A stretch of 30,013 nucleotides of DNA from Octopus sinensis (Eukaryota), in assembly GCF_006345805.1 (NCBI RefSeq), contig NW_021832673.1, positions 1-30,013 of the forward strand. The letters are read 5' to 3'. Each line of letters opens with the position of its first letter. Position 1 is the stretch's first letter. A program made the translations under genes and the position numbers. The notes below the pieces were generated by a model. It searched no databases and was not told where the DNA came from. It saw only the letters and a list, made by a program, of their open reading frames with translations. Below, one piece after another: positions 20,791 through 30,013 of this stretch.

Positions 20791-21260
20791 ATATATGTAT
20801 ATACATACACGCATAGACAGGCACACACACATGCACACACATATGCACACTGCTCACTTACGCACTCTCAACTATGTATATACAAATGTTAACATAAGGT
20901 TATTACGGTAAAGCACATTTAAAAATAACATCGGAGCATTTCCTACTTGTGTGATTCTAAACTGAAACTAGAGTCAAATTTATTGTGAAGTACCTCACAA
21001 TATATATCTGCATACATATATACACACTCACCCGCAAATGCATACATACTTTCATACATACATGCAGACAGACAGACGTACGTACGTATGTATATATATA
21101 TGTATTATGTATGTAATGTATGTAATATATATATATATATATATATATTAATAATATATATATATATTATATATATATATACTATATATATATGCATATA
21201 TATATGCATATATCATACATATCTGTACATACCTACATATATACTCTTTTACTCTCTCTC

Positions 21261-21663
21261 TCTTTTACTTGTTTCAGTCATTTGACTGCGGCATGCTGGA
21301 GCACCGCCTTTAGTCGAGCAAATCGACCCCGGACTTATTCTTTGTAAGCCCAGTACTTATTCTATCGGTCTCTTTTGCCGAACCGCAAAATGACGGGATT
21401 AACACAACCCACACCAGCATCGGTTGTCAAGCAATGCTAGGGACAAACACGACACACAACATATACACAACACACACACTAATATATATATATATATATA
21501 CAACGGGCTTCTTTCAGTTTCCGTCTACCAAATCCACTCACAAGGCATTGGTCGGCCCGGGGCTATAGCAGAAGACACTTGCCCAAGATGCCACGCAGTG
21601 GGACTGAACCCGGAACCATGTGGTTGGTTAGCAAGCTACTTACCACACAGCCACTCCTGCGCC
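21261..21663 (-). mobile_element. Bipartite SINE (C + short microsatellite + E), full length
   Basis: tRNA-like head ggcgcaggagtggctgtgtggtaagtag...ggttccgggttcagtccc at 21663-21600; accttgggcaag-like core; short (TA)/(TG) spacer at ~21445-21500; E part 21261-21444. Confidence 0.88.
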
Positions 21664-21789
21664 TATATATGTATATATGTATATATACATGCATATATGG
21701 GTACAGGACATAAAAAAAGTCAACAAAATGAGAAACGGAACAGGCAACATAAAAAACATTCCCTTCATCTGTTGTCCCCTGTTTTATCT

Positions 21790-22140
21790 ATTCCGCGTTC
21801 AGAAGGTAAGGATAAGACGCGACTTCGTTAAAACAGTCCTTCACGCGAAGCAAATTATATAAAACCTGAGATCTTTTGCGGAGGGTTAAAGTAGTAACAA
21901 AGAACAGGACAGTAAGAACAAACCAGTAAAAACAAAAACAAACGGTGAGGACGTATATATATATATATAATTTTAATCCAAACGGGAAAACAAAAAAACA
22001 ACAACAGTGGAACAATTACAGTATTATTATTAATAGGCGCTCAGGAAATATGGAAGCAGAAGGTATGACGTTTCGAGCGGAGCTCTCTTCGTCGGAAACA
22101 TAAAGAAGGAAGAGAGAGGAAAGAAAGATCCCAAAGTGGG
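21790..22140 (-). mobile_element. Hammerhead-bearing repeat A1, longer copy
   Basis: Degenerate motif GUUU-CCGACGA-A-GA-GAGC-ucc-GCUC-GAAA-CG-UC-AUAC at 22063-22099 (U4C). The downstream part (ccctccgcaaaagatctcagg) matches 29930-29965. Boundaries approximate. Confidence 0.6.
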
Positions 22141-22513
22141 CAACAGGAGATGGAGAAAAAAAAACGAACTGTGTTTACGAAGTACACATGGTGAAAAGGC
22201 GGAAGTTTTACGATAACAAGAGCAAAGTAGGTTTTTAAAGCCAAAAGAGTGGAGACAGGTTGGTAACGCAACAGATGTTGTGTGTATGTGTGAGTGTGTG
22301 CGTGGTGCGTGTGTGTATGTGTGTGTGAGGCGAGATAAAAACAAAAAATATATGTATGTGTTAGTGTGTGCGTCTGTGTGTAGGCGTGTGAGGTAGGGGC
22401 GAGACGTAGTAGGCATAGCAGATAGTGGTCAGTAGTAAGAAAATGAAGGAGAAGAAGGGAGGGAGGGGGAGGGGTGGGGGCGTATGTAGCGTGCCAGCGT
22501 GTGTTGAGTAGTA

Positions 22514-22547
<34 letters not shown>

Positions 22548-22744
22548 TATTAATATATATATAATATATATATAATATATAATATATATTATATATAATA
22601 TATGTATATATATCTATATATTATATACTATATATATTATATATATACTATATATATATACGTGTATATATGTATATATACCACACGCACTCAGACTCAT
22701 TTGATTATGAGCTAGACGGGAGATGGAGATACTAGAACTTTATT

Positions 22745-22794
22745 GATCACTACAATTGTTTCGACCCATCTAGCATCGATCTCGCCCATGAATC
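22745..22794 (-). other. Hammerhead 3'-half relic
   Basis: Minus strand ..GGGUC-GAAA-CAAUUG-UA-GUGAUC-AAUAAA with palindromic stem III; the 5' core is decayed (UGGGCGA). Confidence 0.4.
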
Positions 22795-22881
22795 AAGTAT
22801 CCAACGAACGCTGCAAAAGTCAACGTGCTTTATAGGTAAGCTACCAGGTGTATACCATTCGATTTATTAATTATCTATATT

Positions 22882-22933
<52 letters not shown>

Positions 22934-23099
22934 ATATATGTGGGGGTTGCGTGTTGTGAGAGTATGTGTATGTGTGCGTGTGGCTGTATATAACCTACGC
23001 GTGTATGCAAATATTACGAAGTGGTGCTGTAAATCGGTGTCACAAATCTGCTCGAACTGGGCTCGTGAGTAATGAGAATCATTCCGTTGGCGTATTACG

Positions 23100-23310
23100 A
23101 AGATGACAATAAGGTGCAGCTGTACAGTTGGTGGTATCAAAGTAACAATGGAGACCGAGGAGATCTATCACTGTTGCACCAAGAAGACGTCCTTGGTGCA
23201 ACAGATGAGTAACCGGGAAATGCTACAAGAACTGAGATTCTAATCTTTACAGTGAAAAAGCGAATGATATGCAATGCTATCTATATGGAGGGTCTTGTAC
23301 CTAAATTTGA
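23100..23310 (+). pseudogene. Highly decayed CR1/L2-like LINE C-terminal fragment
   Basis: METEEIYHCCTKKTSLVQQMSNREMLQELRF*SLQ*KSE*YAM..IW..EGLVPKF resembles the LExIQRxxTK...SYxERLxxLxLxSLxRRRERY..IWK..EGLVP motif. Confidence 0.5.
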
Positions 23311-23364
23311 GACTGTAAGCTATATCAGTTCTCGAAGGATGCTACTGTATACTTATTTCTTTAT

Positions 23365-23730
23365 CGCCCTCAACGGATAAACATAGAGGGGACACACAAG
23401 GACAGACAAAGGGATTAAGTCAATTACATGGACCCCAGTGCGTAACTGGTACTTAAGTTATCGACCGCGGAAAGATGAAAGGCAAAGTCGACCTCGGCGG
23501 AATTTGAACTTAGAAAGTAACGGCAGACGAAATACCTATTTCTTTACTACCCACAAGGACAGACAAACGGATTAAGTCGATTATATCAACCCCAGTGCGT
23601 AACTGGTACTTATTTAATCGACCCCGAAAGGATGAAAGGCAAAGTTGATCTCGGCGGAATTTGAACTCAGAACGTAAAGACAGAGGAAATACCGCTAGGC
23701 ATTTCGCCCGGCGTGCTAACGTTTCTGCCA
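23365..23730 (-). mobile_element. Head-to-tail dimer of SINE family B
   Basis: Two consecutive central domains (23420-23520, 23575-23680) joined at gacgaaatacctatttctttactacccacaagg. Confidence 0.85.
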
Positions 23731-24493
23731 TGCTAAAAGTCTCACCGTTTTCATCTTAAATAAGGACTTAATTCGTAGGGTTTAAAGGCGCCCAGCTTTT
23801 TAATTCGTCCCTCCACATACACGCAAAATGCAGATCTACGTGGTGTGGATGTGGATGTGTTCAAAATACTCCAAGACAAATTTGTATTTGAGTTAGCAAG
23901 TGAACTAACATCATGCGAAGAAACATAAATGAGGGCGCCGTCGTCCAAATCCCGCATTCACTGTAAACAAACTTAGAGAGAGTACTAAGGAAACCAAGCG
24001 AAATAAACTAATATTCACACCAATGTAGGTTTTCTTTGAGATTTATTTAAGTTTTTCTTTATGGAATTCAAATTGGTCGCAAATAGAATGACAAGAATTT
24101 TTTAGCCAATATAGTTCTCGGCATTTGTAAATATGTGGTTGATTTACAATTTGGATTCATGTAAGTGTATGCACTAGCATTTATGTCCTGTGTGGACATG
24201 TCATTCTATACCTAGACGTCTGTGCTCACGTACGTGTGTGTTTATCGTTACTTTTGATATGTGTGTCTTTGTAGATGTAGACAACCAAGTGAGTGAATAT
24301 ATTCACTTTAAAAATCTCAGATCGAGAACCTTCGGAATGTCCATCAAATTTTCATAGTACCACTAATAAATTGGATTCGTAGAATGCACATCAGCTTCTT
24401 TTGCTCCCTTAAAGAAAATCCTAGCATTTCTAGGGTTTTGTCTATGTTTCTGTCTTTTTATTTGTCTGTCTATCTGTCTGCCTGTATGTTTTT

Positions 24494-24763
24494 GTGAAGG
24501 CGCATGGCTCAGTGGTTAGGGCATCGGATTTACAATCGTGAGGATGTGAGTTCGATTCCCGGGCCGAGTTGTATGTTGTGCTGGTAGCAAGCTCTATCGG
24601 CCTTTGACTTTCCCTTGGACAACGTCGGTGGCGTGGAGTGGGGAAGCTGGTATGCACAGACGACTGCTGGTCTTCTACAAATAACTTTGTCCGAACTCGT
24701 GCCTCGGTGAGAAAGTTTCAAAGTGCAATCCCATGGTCATTCGTGACCAAAGAGTGTCTTTAC
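24494..24763 (+). mobile_element. SINE family D, internally deleted
   Basis: gtgaaggcgcatggctcagtggttaggg...gagttcgattcccgg head and ggtcattcgtgacc tail; shorter than 19759-20123. Confidence 0.82.
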
Positions 24764-24814
24764 ATGTATGTATGTGCACACAATCTCTTCCATTCTTTAG
24801 ACCGCCTAATGATC

Positions 24815-25028
24815 CCAGCAGACAAAATGTGAGAGGCGTCGCCCTGGGAGATGGCGAAGATGATGTGCTGGAACAGTCACTTTCACTCGTGGGCTCGCAC
24901 TTGCAGATAACCATCTGCGGCCCGATAGCGGTGAGCAGGGATATGGTCCGGTGGCCGAGAACACCAGAGGTCCCCGCTGCCACAAGCTCGCCCATTCTCT
25001 GCATCCATGCTAGCTGAGTGGGGTACAC
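24815..25028 (-). pseudogene. CRE-like (restriction-like-endonuclease) LINE C-terminal fragment
   Basis: LVAAGTSGVLGHRTISLLTAIG...CEP then, in a shifted frame, *LFQHIIFAISQGDASHILS. Resembles the ETSGxxG...WLFQRxSxAIxRGNAxxIL end of CRE-group ORFs. Confidence 0.55.
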
Positions 25029-25614
25029 CCCGATTAAGATGTGATGGGTATTTTTTTGCGATTAGTTTACTTAAGGTCAACTCCCTGGTTAAGCTGGTAG
25101 TCGGTAGTGGTAAGATGGATGGCTGGATTAAAAGCAAATTTCGCAGGGGTGGTTGCTAGTGTAACAGAAAAATGAAGGAGTATATACAAATATATGTATA
25201 TGTGTGTATATATACGTGAGAGTATGCATGGGAGCATGCAAGGACACGTGTGTGTGTGCGTGTGTGCGTCTCGGATAATGAAATAAAGATGGAAGTTTGC
25301 ATGGTTTAACTCGTTTGTAAACGTGACATAACAAACGGAGTAAATTTAATTAGAAAACATATTTTTTAATGGTTCAATGAGAAGAAAAGACGGGCAAGTA
25401 CTGGTAACCTCTTTTCCAGACCCTCGTGCCCTGGTGGGTGGGACGGGAGAGAGATGGACGGAAAGGAGGAAGTTATATTAAGACAAGGGAACTGATACGT
25501 AAAACTGCAACAGAATGTACTTTGCCAAAGACCCCTAAGGGTCACCAGGTGGTAGATGGTATTGTCTGGTGATTGATTATGACAACTGCCATGTTAGTTG
25601 GGAGAGACAAAACA

Positions 25615-25620
25615 GTCGTT

Positions 25621-25653
<33 letters not shown>

Positions 25654-25850
25654 TAGTGGTGGTGGTGGTGCTGGTAGTAGCAGTAGTGTAGTGGTGGTGG
25701 TGGTAGTAGTAGTAGTTGTAGTAGTAGTAGTAGCAGCAGCTGCGGCGGCGGCGATGGTGATGTAGTAGTAGTAGAGTAGTAGTAGTAGTAGTAGTAGTAG
25801 TAGCAGCAGCAGCAGTTGTGGAGGCGGCAGTGGTGGTATAGTAGTAGTAG
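25615..25850. repeat. (GTA)n/(GTG)n/(GCA)n compound microsatellite
   Basis: Directly visible. Confidence 0.92.
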
Positions 25851-25856
25851 ATAATG

Positions 25857-26365
25857 GGCGCAGTGATAAGAAGCTTGCTTCTCAACCACATGGTTCCGGG
25901 TTCAGTCCCACTGCATGGCACCTTGGGCAAGTGTCTTCTACTATAGCCTCGAGTCGGCCAAAGCCTTGTGAGTGGATATGGCAGACGGAAACTGAAAGAA
26001 GCTGGTCGTATATATACGCGCGCACGCACACACACACACACACACACACACGCACCTTACCCCACTCAGACACACACACACACACGCACTCACACACATA
26101 GATATACACACACCATACATATCTGTGCGTGTATATATCTACGTGTGTGTGTCTGTGTCCGGGTTAATCGTCCACCACCGCTTGACCAACAGGTGTTGTG
26201 TGTCTACATCCCCGTAACTTAGTCGTTCGGCAAAAGAGACCGATATAATAATTACAAGACTTCAAAAATTACCAAGTCCTTGGAACGGTTTGTTTCACTA
26301 AAAGCCTTCAATGAAAGCGATGCCCCAGCATGGCCGCAGTCTGATGCAAATGATAAAACAAGATG
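25857..26365 (+). mobile_element. Bipartite SINE (C + (CA)/(TG) spacer + E)
   Basis: C part 25857-26010, microsatellite spacer, then a diverged E part ~26170-26365. Confidence 0.8.
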
Positions 26366-26389
26366 ACAATAATGATTTCATATTATGCC

Positions 26390-26590
26390 TCAAGGCCAGC
26401 AAGTTCGGCGTGGTGGGGGAGGTAAGCCGATTAGATCCATTCCAGTAATCAACTGGTACTTATTTTATCGACTCCGATGGATGAATAGCAAAGTCGACCC
26501 TGGCAGGATTTGAACCCAGAACGCAAAGACGGACGAAATGCCGCAAAGCATTTTGCACGGCGTGTTAACGATTCTACCAGCTCACCGCCT
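26390..26590 (-). mobile_element. SINE family B copy (diverged)
   Basis: Central domain caactggtacttattttatcgactccgatggatgaa and head accagctcaccgcctta. Confidence 0.78.
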
Positions 26591-26598
26591 TAATAATA

Positions 26599-26676
<78 letters not shown>

Positions 26677-26729
26677 TGATGATGATGATGATGATGATAA
26701 TGATGATGATTGATGATGATGATGATGAT

Positions 26730-26779
<50 letters not shown>

Positions 26780-26801
26780 AATAATGATAATAATGATGAT
26801 G

Positions 26802-26836
<35 letters not shown>

Positions 26837-26874
26837 GATGATGATGATGATGATGATGGTGATGATGATGGTGG

Positions 26875-26906
<32 letters not shown>

Positions 26907-26965
26907 GATGATGATGATGATGATATGATGATAATAATAATAACAACAACAATAATAATAATAAT
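26591..26965. repeat. Long (AAT)n/(GAT)n array
   Basis: Directly visible; source of the poly-I/M/S ORFs. Confidence 0.97.
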
Positions 26966-27140
26966 CCTTTCTACTAAAGGCAAAATGCCTGAAATATTGG
27001 GGTAGAGTGTAAATCGATCACATCGACTCCAGTGCTCCACTGGTACTTGTTTCATAGACCCGTGAAAGAGTGACAGGCAAAGTCAACCCCGGCACGATAT
27101 GAACCAACAACGTAAGGACGGACGAAATGCTCGCCACCTT
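26966..27140 (-). mobile_element. SINE family B copy (diverged, internally deleted)
   Basis: cgatcacatcgactccagtgctccactggtacttg...ggcaaagtcaacccc...gacgaaatgctcgccacctta. Confidence 0.7.
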
Positions 27141-27144
27141 AATA

Positions 27145-27702
27145 CAAGAACATGCATCACAACCATACGTGTGACCTTGCAGGTGGGGCCCAATTAGAAT
27201 TTTCTTCAGGTCGAGTATCTCATCCCGCTCAAAAGGTCCCTGAATAAGGGTTGTTTAAGGATGTTGAACGATACACCCATGTTTCCAAAAGTGAATTATC
27301 CAAACCCCAACGAATTCCTCTCAATACATGGCTTCTGATCTTCACTGATTGAAAGTGTTATCAAGTACATTACTTTGTCTTGATACAGAAGGTAGGCAAA
27401 GCAAGTATTCTGCTCAATACAACAGATTTGCTTGTCAGATGTTTTGGCCTTAACCAGTTGAGCATGTCCCTTAGTAGCTGGTGATATGTGCATCGCTGAT
27501 TACGAACAAAGGTAGTGGGCGAGCATCATAGCCATATGTTGAGAGGAATTCTTTGGGGTTTGGATGTTTCACCCCTGGAAACGGTGTTTCGTTCAACATC
27601 CTTAAGGGATTTTTTGAGCGGGATGGGATACTCGACCTGAAGAAAATTCTAATTGGGCCCCAAGCTGCAAGGTCACACGTATGGTTATGATGCATGTTCT
27701 TG
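27145..27702. mobile_element. TA-flanked foldback element / MITE with ~170-190-bp inverted arms
   Basis: Arms 27145-27332 and 27531-27702 are reverse complements (caagaacatgcatca...gtgaccttgcag...cccaattagaattttcttcaggtcgagta...ctcaa..atggc) with one ~15-bp indel; TA at 27143-44 and 27703-04. Confidence 0.85.
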
Positions 27703-27854
27703 TAACTACTTACAACTTGCATACGGATAACTTTTTGCGCATTTCATCTTCAAATTATGATTACTACAATTTGTACGGAATTCTGGGCTGCCTGAAACTA
27801 TCGTCGAGTTAATAAATTAGAGATTTTCTTTATAGCTTATTATGTATCTTTTGT

Positions 27855-27870
27855 GCTCAATATATATATA

Positions 27871-27937
<67 letters not shown>

Positions 27938-28296
27938 TAATATATTATATATATATATATAAATATGTGCGTGTGTGGTGTGTGTGTAATTTATGTATGT
28001 ATGTATCAAACCTGACTGTACTTATCGCCAATACGACCTCCACATCAACTCAATTTGGATTTCTGACGTCGAGGTTGTTGCCCTGGATGAAGAATTCAGA
28101 GTTAAAACCCAAATTCATTATTATGCACAACTACGTGTTTTCTATGATAATCATATCTACCACTCACCAACTCTGCGTGTGTATGGGTGTGTGGGCGCGC
28201 GCACACACACACACATAGACACAAACAAACGTACATACACATAACATATATTCATATATATTACACACGTATATATGCATATATGTATGCATATAT

Positions 28297-28329
<33 letters not shown>

Positions 28330-28366
28330 GTTCACAGACACACACACATATGTACATAGAAGTATA

Positions 28367-28415
<49 letters not shown>

Positions 28416-28540
28416 TATACATATATACATATATATATATTCCATACATAATATGCCTGTAAGCATGTATGTATGTATATTTATACACACACACACACAC
28501 ACACACATACACACACACACACACACATACACACACATAC
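27855..28540. repeat. (TA)n/(CA)n/(TG)n microsatellite field with short unique interruptions
   Basis: Directly visible. Confidence 0.9.
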
Positions 28541-28850
28541 AAATAAATATACGATTTGATGTTTTCGCTTCCGGTTAAATACATAACTCTAATTCTGACT
28601 GTTGAGTCCCCTCTTTCCTCCATCTTGTTTTTGCTTATGCGTAGCACACACACGCATCCACAGATATAGATAGACACACAAACACGTATGCAGTCATACT
28701 CATATATATATATACATTAATGCCTTATGTACTCCGAAGACGATGTATGACCCTTCGTTTAATCACCAGTATTATAAACACACCAGTATTATAAACACAA
28801 CCGATATCCGTGCCGTTAATATTGATGTCAAATATATTTACCATTCTTGA

Positions 28851-29080
28851 GGCGGCGAGCTGGCAGAAACGGTAGCACGCCGGGCGAAATGCGTAGCCGT
28901 ATTTCGTCTGCCGTTACGTTCTGGGTTCAAATTCCGCCGAGGTTGACTTTGCCTTTCATCCTTTCGGGGTCGATAAATTAAGTACCAGTTACGCACTGGG
29001 GCCGATGGAATCGACTTAATCGCTTTGTCTGTCCTTGTTTGTCCCCTCTGTGTTTAGCCCTTTGTGGGTAGTAAAGAAAT
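28851..29080 (+). mobile_element. SINE family B (young tail type), full length with 19-bp TSD
   Basis: atatatttaccattcttga at 28832-28850 and 29081-29099; A-box-like tggcagaaacgg, B-box-like ggttcaaattcc, central gcctttcatcctttcggggtcgataaattaagtaccag. Confidence 0.93.
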
Positions 29081-29147
29081 ATATATTTACCATTCTTGAA
29101 TATATAGGAAATAATGATACTAATAATAATAATATTAATAATGTGTA

Positions 29148-29478
29148 GGTCGTAGGATCACGGTTTCCATTCCCAGACCAGACGTTATGAGTGTTTATTG
29201 AGCGAAACCATGAGGCTCCGGCTGGGGGTGGTGGCGAATCCTTCTGTGCTCTTTCACCACAACTTTATCTCACTCTTTATTCCTGTTTCTGTCATACCTG
29301 TATTTCAAAGGGGCCAGTCTTGTCACACCCTGTTTCACGCGGAATCTCCCCGGGAACTGCGTTAAGGGTACACATGTCTGTGGAGTGCTCGGCTGCTTTC
29401 ACGTTCATTTCACGAGCAGGCTGTTCCGTTGATCGGATTCAACTGGAACCCTCGTCGTCGCAACCGATGGAGTGCCAC
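29148..29478 (+). mobile_element. SINE family A variant with a different 3' half
   Basis: 29148-~29285 matches the 5' half of 469-780; the sequence after ctcactcttt is unrelated to the tail of that copy. Confidence 0.75.
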
Positions 29479-29523
29479 AAATACTAATAGTAGCAATAAA
29501 ATAAATTTGGAATCTAGACGTTG

Positions 29524-29720
29524 TTTCTTTTATTCCTTTATTTGTTTCAGTCATATGACTGCGGCCATGCTGGAGCACCGCCTTTATTCGAGCAAATTGA
29601 CCCCAGGACATATTCTTTGTAAACCACGCACTTATTCTATCGTTTTGTTTTTTGCTGAAGCGCTAAGTTGCGGGAACGTAAACACACCAGCATCGGTTGT
29701 CAAGCGATGTTGGGGGACAC
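29524..29720 (-). mobile_element. SINE part E
   Basis: Reverse complement of 1861-2054-type sequence. Confidence 0.82.
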
Positions 29721-29769
29721 TTACAGACACACAAACACATACATATTCCCCTCTCTGTCTTCCACGATA

Positions 29770-30013
29770 ATCCAGCGTTTACAATACTTTTTTCGTCTGG
29801 CGTTAACAGCCCTTCTTATCTTGTTCTCCTTGTCTTGTCTCTCACTGTTATATATTTATTTTTCCACTGTTTATATATATATTTTTTACTGTTTATATGT
29901 TTGTACTGTCGTTACCGTCTTTCTTTTTTTACCCCTCTGCGAAAAGATCTCAGAATTTTATTGATTTGCTTTTCGCGGGAAGGAATTTTTCTTCGAAGTA
30001 TACGTCTCGCTTT
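29770..30013 (+). mobile_element. Fragment of repeat A1 (downstream of the hammerhead position)
   Basis: ccagcgtttacaatact resembles the post-ribozyme motif; ccctctgcgaaaagatctcag..tttgcttttcgcgggaagga matches the reverse complement of 21815-21890. Confidence 0.55.

Noticed and set aside
23171-23204. 13-bp perfect hairpin ctgttgcaccaag/cttggtgcaacag
   Set aside because: Lies inside a decayed CR1-like coding fragment, single occurrence, no other support for function.
27637-27660. CUGAAGA in both arms of the foldback element
   Set aside because: No downstream GAAA/UH or stems in the right arrangement.
28764-28797. 17-bp tandem duplication caccagtattataaaca x2 (also a 14-bp duplication near 5850-5876)
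   Set aside because: Two-copy local slippage with no spacers; not CRISPR-like or otherwise informative.

Overview
This is a very AT-rich, microsatellite-saturated eukaryotic non-coding window made almost entirely of transposable-element remains. The repeat families look like those of Octopus (coleoid cephalopod); this is inferred from remembered repeat families and was not verified. No host protein-coding gene can be supported. Main contents: (1) a ~5.2 kb, slightly 5'-truncated L1/Tx1-type non-LTR retrotransposon (13899-19108) with a zinc-knuckle ORF1 and an APE-RT-CCHC ORF2 broken only by frameshifts, embedded in (TCTA)n on both sides; (2) a Rep-less Helitron PIF1-helicase relic with an intact hairpin-CTAG end, interrupted by an RTE-type LINE tail with an 11-bp TSD; (3) mariner and pogo/Tigger-like MITEs; (4) R4/Dong, CR1-like and CRE-like LINE fragments; (5) many copies of four or five tRNA-derived SINE families. 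The feature the ORF track does not show is a set of type I hammerhead-ribozyme motifs with palindromic stem III. Three have complete catalytic cores (6654-6689 +, 11897-11960 +, 20503-20563 -), one family shares an A6U core variant in three copies, and several are degenerate. They sit in Penelope-pLTR/retrozyme-like repeats, one pair forming a 171-bp inverted repeat.
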